Shown here: piece by piece, positions 46,843 to 56,081 of the stretch
How positions within the stretch are numbered: the first letter of the stretch is position 1
How the letters are laid out: the number at the start of each line of letters is the position of its first letter
DNA from: Chthoniobacterales bacterium
Lineage (GTDB): Bacteria > Verrucomicrobiota > Verrucomicrobiia > Chthoniobacterales > DASVRZ01
Direction: 5' to 3'
Assembly (NCBI GenBank): GCA_038225185.1
Contig: JBBRFA010000005.1
Location: 1 to 58,584 of the forward strand
DNA length: 58,584 nt
Position numbers and translations under genes: made by a program
Notes under the pieces: generated by a model
Databases searched by the model: none
What the model was told of the DNA's origin: nothing
Seen by the model: only the letters and a program-made list of their open reading frames with translations

Positions 46843-49800
46843 ATGTTCGACCGCATCATCGCGTTTTCCATTCGCAACCGTCTCCTCGTCGTCACCCTGG
46901 CGGCGCTCATCGTGGTTTATGGCGGATTCGTGCTCACGCAATTGCCGGTCGATGTTTTTCCCGATCTCAATCGCCCCACGGTCACCATTTTTACCGAAGC
47001 CCGCGGCCTGGCTCCTGAAGAAGTCGAAACGCTCGTCACTCTGCCTCTCGAAACAGCCGTCAATGGCGCCACCCATGTCGAACGTGTGCGCTCCATGTCG
47101 GGCATCGGCCTTTCCCTCATCTTTGTCGAATTTGGCTGGGACACCGACATTTATCTGGCCCGGCAAATCGTCGCCGAACGCATCCAGGGCACTGTCGGAC
47201 AAATTCCCGAAGGCATCATCCCCGCTCTCGGCCCCATCTCCTCGCTCATGGGACAAATCATGGCCGTGGGTCTCACCAGCACCTCCCCGACCGTCAATCC
47301 CCAGGATTTACGCGGCATCGCGGAATGGGATATTCGCCGTCGCCTGCTGGCCATTCCCGGCGTCTCGCAAGTGACCATTCAGGGTGGCGACCTCAAGGAA
47401 TACCAGGTTCTCGTCGATCCGCAGAAGCTCATCGCCTTTAATCTTTCCCTTCACGAAGTCGAGACCGCCATTGAGGAATCCAACGTCAATTCCTCGGGCG
47501 GTTTTCTCCTCGAACCTTACGAGGAAAAACTCATCCGCAATCTTGCCCGCGTGGAAAACAGCGACGATCTCACCGGCACCGTCATTAAAACCCTGCCCGA
47601 CGGCACCCCGATCACCCTGGGCGAGGTGGCGCAACTCCGCCAGGGCGGGCCACTCGTCAAACGCGGCGACGCCGGCATCAACGGTCAACCCGGCGTCATC
47701 CTCGCCATCGGCAAACAACCCAATGCCGACACCGTCAAACTCACCCGCCTCATCGAAAAAGAGCTCGCCACCTTGCAAGCCACGTTGCCCGCCGGCGTCA
47801 CCATCCACACCGATCTTTTTAAGCAAAGCAATTTCATCGAACGCGCCATCAAAAATGTCGAGGAAGCTCTCCGCGACGGCAGTCTCATGGTGGCCATCGT
47901 GCTCTTTCTTTTTCTGCTCAATTTTCGCACCACGTTTATCACGCTCACCGCCATCCCCCTCTCCCTCCTAATCACTTTCATCATCTTCAAATGGTTCGGT
48001 CTCGGCATCAATACCATGACCCTCGGAGGTCTCGCCGTGGCCATTGGCGAGCTGGTCGATGATGCCATCGTGGATGTGGAAAATGTTTTCCGTCGTCTGC
48101 GCGAAAACCGGCTCGCAGGTGAACCGAAATCAAGCGGCAAAGTCGTGCTCGAAGCCTGCCGCGAAGTGCGCAATTCCATCGTCTTCGCCACCATCGTGGT
48201 CGTTCTGGTTTTCATCCCCCTCTTTGCTCTCGATGGCATCGAGGGCCGCATTTTTGCTCCGCTCGGCCTGGCCTATATCACTTCCATCGGAGCAAGTCTG
48301 CTCGTCGCCCTCACGGTTACCCCGGCTCTATGCACCTATCTTTTGCCGCGAATCAAGCGCATGGCTCATCCTCGCGAAGGCGCCCTTGTTCGCACCTGTA
48401 AAACGTTGGTCGCCAAAGTCTTAAAAGTGGGCTTCCGCATTCCAATTGTCATTTTTACCGCGGTGCTGGCCGCGTGGCTTGGTGCCGTGGCCCTGGTGCC
48501 CTTTTTTGGCCGCGAATTTCTCCCCGAGTTTAACGAAGGAAGCGCCACCGTCTTTGTTCTGGCCGCTCCCGGCACTTCGCTCGAAGAAAGTAATCGCGTG
48601 GGAAAAATCGCCGAAAATCTCCTCCGCGAAGTGCCCGAGGTCAGCACGATTGGCCGTCGCACCGGACGCGCCGAAGGCGATGAACACGTGCAGGAAGTAA
48701 ACTCCACCGAGATCGAATTTGAACTCAATCCCTCCACCCGCAGCCGGGCGGAGATTCTTGCCGATATCCGCGAAAAACTCGCGCAAATCCCCGGCGTCGT
48801 CACCGGGGTGGGACAACCCATTTCCCATCGGATCGATCATTTGCTCTCCGGCGTGCAGGCGCAGATTGCGATCAAACTTTTTGGTGACGATCTCGCCGTT
48901 TTGCGCGAGCAGGCGGAAAAAATCCAGGCCGTTATCGCCACCGTGCCCGGCATTGCCGACGCCCAGGTGGAACGCATGACTCTTATTCCCCAGGTCCACG
49001 TCCGCGTGAATCGCGAACGCGCCGCCCAATACGGATTGCGTCCGGGCGAAGTGGCCCGATACGCCGAACTCGCTCTCCAGGGCAAAACCATCACCCGCGT
49101 GATCGAGGGGCAGCGTTCCTACAATGTCGTTCTGCGGTTGCCCGATTCGGCCCGCCGCGATTTGCAATCGATTCGCGATCTCCCCATCGATACCCTCAAT
49201 GGACGCCTCGTTCCACTCGGCCTCGTCGCCGATGTGGAGGAGGCAAAAGGCCCCAACATGGTCAATCGCGAAAATGGTCAGCGCCGCATTTACATCTCCG
49301 CCAACGCCGCCGGACGCGACCTCGTGAGCGTGGTCGAGGAAGCGCGGCAACGCATCGACCAAGAGATTCGTCTGCCCGTCGGCTATTCCCTATCTTATGG
49401 CGGACAATTCGAGAGTCAGGCCCAGGCTTCGCGGCTGATTTTGCTGCTCAGCCTGCTCAGTTTTATGGCGATGTTTCTCGTTTTATATCTGCAATTTCGC
49501 AGTCTTTCCCTCGCTTTACAGGTGATGATGAGCATCCCCCTCGCCTTTATCGGAGCGGTCATCGGGATCAAATTTCTCGCCGGTGGAGTTTTTTCCATCG
49601 CCTCGATGGTCGGCTTCATTGCCCTCACCGGCATCGCTGCCCGCAATGGTATTATGATGATTTCGCATTATCTGCATCTGATGGAAGTCGAAGGCGAAAA
49701 ATTTGATCAAGCGATGATTATTCGCGGCACTCAAGAGCGGATTATCCCGGTTTTAATGACTGCATTGACCGCTGGATTCGCCCTTGTGCCGTTGCTCTTG

Positions 49801-49968
49801 GGAGCGGGCCAGCCGGGACGGGAAATTTTGCATCCGGTGGCCGTGGTGATTTTTTGCGGACTCTTTTCCAGCACCTTGCTCGACCTCGTCGTGCGTCCCC
49901 TGGTTTTCTGGAAATGCAGCGGACGCGCTTTGCAAAAACGATTGCAAACCACCCAATCTCTCACCTAA
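46843..49968 (+). CDS. Heavy-metal RND efflux permease (CusA/CzcA family)
   Basis: LPVDVFPDL, APEEVE, GELVDDAIVDVEN, IEGRIFAPL, FLPEFNEG, VGFIALTGIAARNG, PVLMTAL. Confidence 0.95.
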   Translation: MFDRIIAFSIRNRLLVVTLAALIVVYGGFVLTQLPVDVFPDLNRPTVTIFTEARGLAPEEVETLVTLPLETAVNGATHVERVRSMSGIGLSLIFVEFGWDTDIYLARQIVAERIQGTVGQIPEGIIPALGPISSLMGQIMAVGLTSTSPTVNPQDLRGIAEWDIRRRLLAIPGVSQVTIQGGDLKEYQVLVDPQKLIAFNLSLHEVETAIEESNVNSSGGFLLEPYEEKLIRNLARVENSDDLTGTVIKTLPDGTPITLGEVAQLRQGGPLVKRGDAGINGQPGVILAIGKQPNADTVKLTRLIEKELATLQATLPAGVTIHTDLFKQSNFIERAIKNVEEALRDGSLMVAIVLFLFLLNFRTTFITLTAIPLSLLITFIIFKWFGLGINTMTLGGLAVAIGELVDDAIVDVENVFRRLRENRLAGEPKSSGKVVLEACREVRNSIVFATIVVVLVFIPLFALDGIEGRIFAPLGLAYITSIGASLLVALTVTPALCTYLLPRIKRMAHPREGALVRTCKTLVAKVLKVGFRIPIVIFTAVLAAWLGAVALVPFFGREFLPEFNEGSATVFVLAAPGTSLEESNRVGKIAENLLREVPEVSTIGRRTGRAEGDEHVQEVNSTEIEFELNPSTRSRAEILADIREKLAQIPGVVTGVGQPISHRIDHLLSGVQAQIAIKLFGDDLAVLREQAEKIQAVIATVPGIADAQVERMTLIPQVHVRVNRERAAQYGLRPGEVARYAELALQGKTITRVIEGQRSYNVVLRLPDSARRDLQSIRDLPIDTLNGRLVPLGLVADVEEAKGPNMVNRENGQRRIYISANAAGRDLVSVVEEARQRIDQEIRLPVGYSLSYGGQFESQAQASRLILLLSLLSFMAMFLVLYLQFRSLSLALQVMMSIPLAFIGAVIGIKFLAGGVFSIASMVGFIALTGIAARNGIMMISHYLHLMEVEGEKFDQAMIIRGTQERIIPVLMTALTAGFALVPLLLGAGQPGREILHPVAVVIFCGLFSSTLLDLVVRPLVFWKCSGRALQKRLQTTQSLT

Positions 49969-49991
49969 CCACACACAAAAAACCGACCATT

Positions 49992-50447
49992 ATGAAAACA
50001 AACCGTATCCCAATCAGCATTAGTGCTTTGCTTGCCATCGCCGTCCTCACGCCTACTCTTCGCGCGGAAGAAAACCATGGCCAGAAGCACGGCCACAAAC
50101 ACACGGAAGAAACTGTAAAAGTAAGCCTGCCCGAGACGTTGGAAGACTTGTGGTCGGCGATCAAACTTGAGCACGCCGTGTTATTGGCTGCGGTGGAAAA
50201 AAAGGACGACCACGCCACCCACGATGCGGAGGAAAAATTGCAGGTTTACTTAAAAGCATTGCCAGAAAAAACCATCTCTCTGGCACCGACCGCGCAGAAA
50301 CGGATCGAAGGTCAGGCAAAAAATCTGGCCCGGGTCTATGATTCCATCCACCACGCCGCGGACGATCTCGCCTGGGAGAAAGCTTCCGCCGATTTAAAGA
50401 AAGCCGAGGGAGCACTCACACTGCTCGCGGCGCAATTGCCGCAATAA
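49992..50447 (+). CDS. Secreted His-rich helical protein
   Basis: Signal peptide, HGQKHGHKH, CA-rich leader, last gene of the efflux operon. Confidence 0.8.
   Translation: MKTNRIPISISALLAIAVLTPTLRAEENHGQKHGHKHTEETVKVSLPETLEDLWSAIKLEHAVLLAAVEKKDDHATHDAEEKLQVYLKALPEKTISLAPTAQKRIEGQAKNLARVYDSIHHAADDLAWEKASADLKKAEGALTLLAAQLPQ
50352..50443 (+). repeat. 92-bp direct repeat, left copy
   Basis: Identical to 51935-52026. Confidence 0.95.
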
Positions 50448-50552
50448 GGTCTTTGCGTCGCGGCACTCACGGCTGGTCTTTGTCCTATACCACCCCTTCA
50501 GCCCTTGATCTATAATTTGATTCCCGGTTTGCAGGTTGAAAAATCAAGCAAG

Positions 50553-51350
50553 ATGAACCATTCTCCAGTTGCGATGGATGCTTTGGGTGAAATTGAAATC
50601 AGAATCGAGGGTTTTGTCGGTGCACAAGAGCTCAAGCCCGCGTTGGTCGATATCGAGGAGATTCGGGAGATCCTTTCCCAAGCGTCCGGGCTTTTATTCC
50701 CTTCGGAGAAACGTTCGCAGCGTCCACTGATCAGCTACGAGATCGATGAAGGCTCTGTGCGTCACAGGTTCCGGACAGTGATGCAAAGCGTGATCGGGTT
50801 CGGAGCGGTTCTCGCACAAATCACTGCCCAAGGGCAGATCGATTTCCTTCACGAACGCAGTGCGGTCGCCATTGAAAAATTGCAGCATCTGGCCGTTGAA
50901 AAAGATTACGTGGTCACCATTAGCGCGAACGAAGGCCGCTTGATGATAGACCGGACGACTCACTACTTGCGCAACACCAGGCTTTGGGTGGATGCTGAGT
51001 TTTATCTTTATGGAGAACTCACGAACGCCGGTGGCAAGAGCAGTCCGAACATTCACCTGGATACTGAAGAGTTTGGCACTCTCCTGATCTCGACGAACAA
51101 GGAATACCTAAAAGGCACTGACAAGAATCTGTTATACAAAAAGTTTGGTTTGCGGGTAACAGGAAAACAGAATTTGCCGACCTTCGAGATGGACCGAAAT
51201 TCGTTGATCTTCGTCGATTTATTCGATTACGACACGGAATACTCCGACTCCTACCTGGACGGCCTCATGAAGAAATCCACGCCCGCCTGGGAGACCGTCC
51301 CGGACGCGGACCAATGGCTGGACGAAATCCGGGGAGGAACGCATGTCTAA
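50553..51350 (+). CDS. Hypothetical protein coupled to the PIN-domain gene
   Basis: 265-aa ORF; stop overlaps the next start, with ggagg upstream of that start; start may be 50553 or 50574. Confidence 0.75.
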   Translation: MNHSPVAMDALGEIEIRIEGFVGAQELKPALVDIEEIREILSQASGLLFPSEKRSQRPLISYEIDEGSVRHRFRTVMQSVIGFGAVLAQITAQGQIDFLHERSAVAIEKLQHLAVEKDYVVTISANEGRLMIDRTTHYLRNTRLWVDAEFYLYGELTNAGGKSSPNIHLDTEEFGTLLISTNKEYLKGTDKNLLYKKFGLRVTGKQNLPTFEMDRNSLIFVDLFDYDTEYSDSYLDGLMKKSTPAWETVPDADQWLDEIRGGTHV

Positions 51351-51846
51351 ACTGCACGGAAAGCTCGGAGTCTTATTTGACACGGGCTTTTTGATCCGAT
51401 TAAACCAACCGCAAGACCCTTTGCACGCGAATGCGCGTGGTTATTTGAGATATCTGCTGGAAGGTGACCATCGGCTTTATGTTTCCACGATCGCGCCGGC
51501 CGAGTATGCTGTCAGGGACAAGATCGAGAACCTGCCGATGCGGTATTTCCGAGTGCTTCCGTTCAATATCGATCACGCTCAAAAAGCAGGGGAGTTAGCT
51601 TGGAACGTCTTTTCCAAACGCGAACAAATTCCGGGGGATTTAACCCAGCGCGTTATCATTCCTAACGACACAAAAATGTTTGCGCAAGCCGACGTCACCA
51701 CTGAAATCACGCATTATCTAACCGCAGATCAAAAGTGCGAAGTTGTTTACCGACTGGTCAACGTCGCAAAAACTATGCGCTTTCAAATTTTATCGTTACG
51801 GATACCTCACCACCAAGCCTTCGGGGAACTGGACTTGGTTGATTAG
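51343..51846 (+). CDS. PIN-domain (VapC-like) protein
   Basis: VLFDTGFLI, VSTIAPAEY, LPFNIDHA, NDTKMFAQA, YLTAD give the PIN acidic residue pattern. Confidence 0.75.
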   Translation: MSKLHGKLGVLFDTGFLIRLNQPQDPLHANARGYLRYLLEGDHRLYVSTIAPAEYAVRDKIENLPMRYFRVLPFNIDHAQKAGELAWNVFSKREQIPGDLTQRVIIPNDTKMFAQADVTTEITHYLTADQKCEVVYRLVNVAKTMRFQILSLRIPHHQAFGELDLVD

Positions 51847-51849
51847 ATA

Positions 51850-52030
51850 CCACGGTTACAAACTGGAGAAGGAAACCGGCGAAGTCACTATCCCAAAGGC
51901 GATTGAAGATTTCTGGTCGGCACTCAAACTGGAGCACGCCGCGGACGATCTCGCCTGGGAGAAAGCTTCCGCCGATTTAAAGAAAGCCGAGGGAGCACTC
52001 ACACTGCTCGCGGCGCAATTGCCGCACTAA
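51850..52030 (+). pseudogene. Truncated, internally deleted second copy of the His-rich protein gene
   Basis: HGYKLEKETGEVTIPKAIEDFWSALKLEHA aligns with HGHKHTEETVKVSLPETLEDLWSAIKLEHA, then jumps to the identical C-terminus; no start or signal peptide. Confidence 0.85.
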
Positions 52031-52568
52031 AATTTTTGCGTCGCGGCACCGACACCCGGTCTGGCGCTTCCCGGTAAGCTTGCAACCATGCCCGGGCCGA
52101 CTCCGGCGCCAGCCACGGCATCGGACAATGGGGCTGGAGCGCCCGACGATAGTTTTCCCCGGCAAGACGGTCGATCCATCTCTCATAATCCAGCACCCAA
52201 CCGAGAAAGCTGCCTGCGGCTTCCTGAAACGCCTGCCACTCCCATTCACTGCGAGGTATCGCAAGGCTTTCCCCAAGATACCGACCGGGATGCGGCGGAG
52301 CTTTTCCGCCGTGCAAATACGCGTTCATTCGTCCCCGCACAAAAATAAAACCCGGCTGTTTCTCGCGATACAACCCCACGCAAAAACTATGCAATTCCAG
52401 CAACCCGACTTCACTGACAAAGCGATAACGCGAACTTCCCTGCAAACCAGTCTCACGGCTGGGGAGAAATCCGTAGCGGGCCAGCAAATTACTGCCATGC
52501 CGCACGTCCTGCCCAAAAAACCACATCTGTTGCTCCAGACCGCGCATCAAGTAATGGTAGATCTTCAT
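51999..52568 (-). CDS. Hypothetical protein downstream of the COG0523 GTPase
   Basis: ~190-aa ORF (QQMWFFGQDV, ELHSFCVG), co-oriented with the GTPase; start uncertain. Confidence 0.65.
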   Translation of the reverse strand: MKIYHYLMRGLEQQMWFFGQDVRHGSNLLARYGFLPSRETGLQGSSRYRFVSEVGLLELHSFCVGLYREKQPGFIFVRGRMNAYLHGGKAPPHPGRYLGESLAIPRSEWEWQAFQEAAGSFLGWVLDYERWIDRLAGENYRRALQPHCPMPWLAPESARAWLQAYREAPDRVSVPRRKNFSAAIAPRAV

Positions 52569-52616
52569 CCGCGGAACAGGCACCGCAGGATTGGCTAATA
52601 CTCTCACGGTGAATGA

Positions 52617-53879
52617 TCAGACAAGCACCGGTTCCTCGTGCAACTGTTGTTCGGCGACAGATTCCTCAATCGTTTTCCAGGGGGCGAAAGGATCCGAAAA
52701 TCGATTCCAACCCTTCTGTCCTAACTGCATTTCTGTCTCGGTGAGCAGACATTTGTTAAAAAGCAGCGTGAGCTTTTCGCGATCCATATCGCAACCGATC
52801 AAGACGATTTCCTGGCGTCGATCTCCAAACGGCTCCTGCCAGTTCTTATGGATTTCGCGCTCGATTTCCTCGTCGATGGGCCATTGCTCTCGCGGCACCG
52901 CCGCCCACCAGACGGCGGTGGCCTGGTAGGTGCAGGCTCCTCCTGCCTGCGACCAGAGACCGACGAACTTCGGACGTGTGGCCAGCCAAAAAAAACCTTT
53001 CGACCGCATCACCCCAGGCCAGTCGCGCCCAATCAAATCCCAGAATCGCTTGGGATGAAACGGTTTGCGAGCGCGATAAACAAAACTCGATATGCCATAT
53101 TCCTCGGTCTCGGGCACGTGCGAACCGCGTATTTCCTGCAACCAACCTGGGGCTTGACGCGCTTCGTCGAGATTGAAAAGCCCGGTGTCGAGCACCTGAT
53201 CGAGCGCGACCTGACCGTGACGGCTGTAAACGATTTTTGCCCGGGGATTGAGGGCGTGCAAAATGCCGCCGAGTTTTTCGCGTTGCTCTGTCGAGATGAT
53301 GTCGATTTTATTCACCACCAGCACATCACAAAATTCAACTTGCTCGATCAGCAGATCGACAATCGTGCGGTTGTCTTCCTCGCCCAACTCCAGTTTGCGA
53401 GCCTTGAGATAATCGGCCTTCTGATAGTCGCGCAGAAAATTATAACCATCGATCACAGTCACCATGGTGTCGAGTCGGGCAAGATCGCCCAATGAAACGC
53501 CATTTTCATCGGCAAACGTAAAGGTCTCGGCCACCGGAAGCGGTTCGGAAATACCGGTCGATTCAATCAGCAGATAATCGAAGCGTCCTTCACCGGCCAG
53601 CTTGCGCACTTCGACTAACAAATCTTCGCGCAAAGTGCAGCAAATGCAGCCGTTGGACATTTCCACAATCTTTTCCTCGGTGCGATTGAGGGCGGCACCT
53701 CCGTTGGCCACCAGGGCGGCGTCGATGTTCACTTCCGACATGTCGTTGACGATCACGGCGACGCGTTTGCCCTCGCGATTGTTTAGAATATGATTGAGCA
53801 AAGTCGTTTTGCCAGCACCGAGAAAGCCGGAGAGCACGGTGACAGGCAGACGTGGCGAGGGAGAGATAAGATGATTCAT
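52617..53879 (-). CDS. COG0523 zinc metallochaperone GTPase (ZigA/YciC-like)
   Basis: [58 protein letters not shown], CobW_C domain [20 protein letters not shown]. Confidence 0.95.
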   Translation of the reverse strand: MNHLISPSPRLPVTVLSGFLGAGKTTLLNHILNNREGKRVAVIVNDMSEVNIDAALVANGGAALNRTEEKIVEMSNGCICCTLREDLLVEVRKLAGEGRFDYLLIESTGISEPLPVAETFTFADENGVSLGDLARLDTMVTVIDGYNFLRDYQKADYLKARKLELGEEDNRTIVDLLIEQVEFCDVLVVNKIDIISTEQREKLGGILHALNPRAKIVYSRHGQVALDQVLDTGLFNLDEARQAPGWLQEIRGSHVPETEEYGISSFVYRARKPFHPKRFWDLIGRDWPGVMRSKGFFWLATRPKFVGLWSQAGGACTYQATAVWWAAVPREQWPIDEEIEREIHKNWQEPFGDRRQEIVLIGCDMDREKLTLLFNKCLLTETEMQLGQKGWNRFSDPFAPWKTIEESVAEQQLHEEPVLV

Positions 53880-53882
53880 AAA

Positions 53883-53950
53883 TGCAATACGTTTGCGTAA
53901 TTTGCGATGAAAAAAAATCGGTGTCAATTTATATTGCAAGCAGATTGCAA
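53883..53950. promoter_or_regulatory. Two TGCAA-N5-TTGCA-type boxes upstream of the COG0523 gene
   Basis: tgcaatacgtttgcg (53883-53897) and ttgcaagcagattgcaa (53934-53950). Confidence 0.7.
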
Positions 53951-54283
53951 AAAAACTCATCTATTTGCTTTCATTCACACCCTCGTTTGCAAGAGCGAAC
54001 AAATGTCGCTTGGATGCCAGCGCACGGGCAGCTTCAAAGCGGCGGCGATCATAGGCAAATCATTTTACCGTTGCGTTTCCTCGATTCGACAAGGTGCTTC
54101 GCTATTAAGCCCGCTCTCGTGGCACTGCGATGCGCCGGGCACCCTCCGAATAAGATCTACCCTTTCCTCCCCGGATGTGACCTAGCAAAGCAGACATGAC
54201 GACTTTCCGATAAAGAGCTGGCGCGAGTAGGGCCGGGCGGCATCAAAATACGGGCGCAACTTTAACCGTGGCCGGGAGATAAT

Positions 54284-54949
54284 TCACCTGGCCACATCGA
54301 TCACCAAGCGGATGCGAGCATGGTCGGCGCAACACTGGGGATGGCTCCGGTGGATAAGCGCACTTTCTGGGTCGCCCACAAAACCACTCCCTTTAATGAG
54401 AGCGACATGCCAGGGCAAAAGGCTGCGAATGCTGCCGGGGTTCGGCACGATGGCCTCGTTTGCCTGCTGAATGCTCCGTCCACGCAAACCGAGTTGCGCT
54501 GCCTGAGCTTCCGAAGCGGGCACCCATTGCGTGCCTGCGCCGTGGTAGGTGCAAAGGAGGCGAAGCGAAAGATGATCGACGTGAAAAACCGAACAAGCAG
54601 TGTCAATCACGCGCAGCAAACGGACACGAACAGGACTGCATGCGGCGATTTCGCGAAATTGTTTGACGAGAAAATCGATGTCGTTAAGCCAGTCTTGTAA
54701 AACGAGATCGGTCGGTGAATTTCCGAAAATTTTTGCAATAACCCTGGAAGTTGCGGCAAGATCTTCCGGTTTAAGAACAAAATCCAATTCAAGCGAGGCC
54801 TGCGATTTGACATAGTTTGCCAGATATTGCGCGACTTCGCGTGGAGGTTCGCGCTCCCACAGACAGATGCTGACACCTGGCCTCACGATTTCTGCAAGAA
54901 CGCTGGGTTGCCTGGCCTGAAGGATTTGCGGAGAGACAAGGAGTTGCAT
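54284..54949 (-). CDS. DUF1826 family protein
   Basis: CSVFHVDHLSLRLLCTYHGAGTQW, ALIKG, LIHRS, RIRLVID; a usual COG0523 neighbour. Confidence 0.85.
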   Translation of the reverse strand: MQLLVSPQILQARQPSVLAEIVRPGVSICLWEREPPREVAQYLANYVKSQASLELDFVLKPEDLAATSRVIAKIFGNSPTDLVLQDWLNDIDFLVKQFREIAACSPVRVRLLRVIDTACSVFHVDHLSLRLLCTYHGAGTQWVPASEAQAAQLGLRGRSIQQANEAIVPNPGSIRSLLPWHVALIKGSGFVGDPESALIHRSHPQCCADHARIRLVIDVAR

Positions 54950-55167
54950 GGCGGTAAGTAAAAATTAACGGATCAAGCGGGTGAACAAGCATCAGCCCCG
55001 GCGTTTTTGTTATCTATTTGCCTACCCATTATGCTGGCGTAAACAAGCATTGGCTGGGGTCGTCATGGAGATGGCGCGTTGCTTGGCAGCCGTGTGCGTA
55101 TTTTTTTAAAGTTACGTGTCCATGGTTCACGTTCTCATCGCCTGGTTTGAAAAAAATAACTGACAAG

Positions 55168-55200
55168 AAAAAGGGGCAGCACCATTGCTGATGCCGCCCC
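55168..55200 (-). terminator. Rho-independent terminator of the PEP-CTERM gene
   Basis: Minus strand ggggcggcatc-loop-ggtgctgcccc ttttt. Confidence 0.75.
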
Positions 55201-55217
55201 AATTAAGATTTTGCAAG

Positions 55218-55973
55218 TTAGGCAACTTTGCGACGACGACGGAGGAGCAGAGCGCCACCGCTTAGAGCCAGGAGCAATGTCGTGGCTGGCTCGGGAATCA
55301 CCTCGAAGGTGTAGGTGCCAGTGCCAACTTGTTCTAAATCGGTAACATGGGTGCCGGTGATCTCGAAAGTAACATTGTAAATTCCGGGCTGGGTGAACGC
55401 CATGTTGAAATGGACGTGGTCACCGGCAGAAAGCGAGATAACAACGGCGCTGGTAATACCTCCGAAAGATTGAATCTGAATGTTGGCAGAATCCACGAAG
55501 ACGGAGAAAAATCCACCGTTATCGACTCCGCTACCCGTAATGCCAGTGAGAGTTAGCAAAATAGAGCTAGACCAATCATCGCGATTTAATTCTTCGGTGC
55601 CAAATCCAAGGAATGGCACACCGGCAGTATTAGAATCGACAGAATTATCGGGCAATAACCAAACGGGGAGACCCGCGGCCACCCCGACAAAATCAAATTC
55701 TGAACCTGCAGGACGGAGCGCGGAAGCCGCAAAACGAAGATTCAACGCATCGGTTTCGTATTCGAAGCCAGTTGGATCGTTGGATTGGGCTACACCATCG
55801 ACGACGACCACCTCACCGTCTTCGCCGAGGTGCCAGTGAGGTTCGAATACGCCCTCATTCCCATTTTCATAACCGATGCCAATGTCTCCGTGACCGAGAG
55901 TCCAGATGGCTTGCGAATGCGCTAACGAAAGGGAAGCGACCAGGGTAAGAGCTAACAAACTAATTTTTTTCAT
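55218..55973 (-). CDS. Choice-of-anchor M (TIGR03769-like) PEP-CTERM surface protein
   Basis: GHGDIG, HWHL, VWLLP, PFLGFGTEEL, HVHFNMAFTQPGIYNVTF, IPEP+TM+RRRR. Confidence 0.85.
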   Translation of the reverse strand: MKKISLLALTLVASLSLAHSQAIWTLGHGDIGIGYENGNEGVFEPHWHLGEDGEVVVVDGVAQSNDPTGFEYETDALNLRFAASALRPAGSEFDFVGVAAGLPVWLLPDNSVDSNTAGVPFLGFGTEELNRDDWSSSILLTLTGITGSGVDNGGFFSVFVDSANIQIQSFGGITSAVVISLSAGDHVHFNMAFTQPGIYNVTFEITGTHVTDLEQVGTGTYTFEVIPEPATTLLLALSGGALLLRRRRKVA

Positions 55974-56026
55974 GATTTTTTGGATAGAATTTAAGTGGAT
56001 TTTAAAAATTGGAACCGTTCCAGCGA

Positions 56027-56041
56027 TGCAACTGTATTGCA
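56027..56041. promoter_or_regulatory. TGCAA-N5-TTGCA box upstream of the PEP-CTERM gene
   Basis: tgcaactgtattgca. Confidence 0.7.
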
Positions 56042-56081
56042 GGAAAAGGGCTCTGCAACCACTTTATGCAAAAAACTTGCG

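Noticed and set aside
51743-52030. 95-aa ORF as a functional gene
   Set aside because: Its 5' part is an alternative frame of the PIN gene; the rest is the deleted remnant with no signal peptide
53960-54283. Small gene or riboswitch between DUF1826 and COG0523
   Set aside because: Only short motif-less ORFs and no recognisable riboswitch consensus
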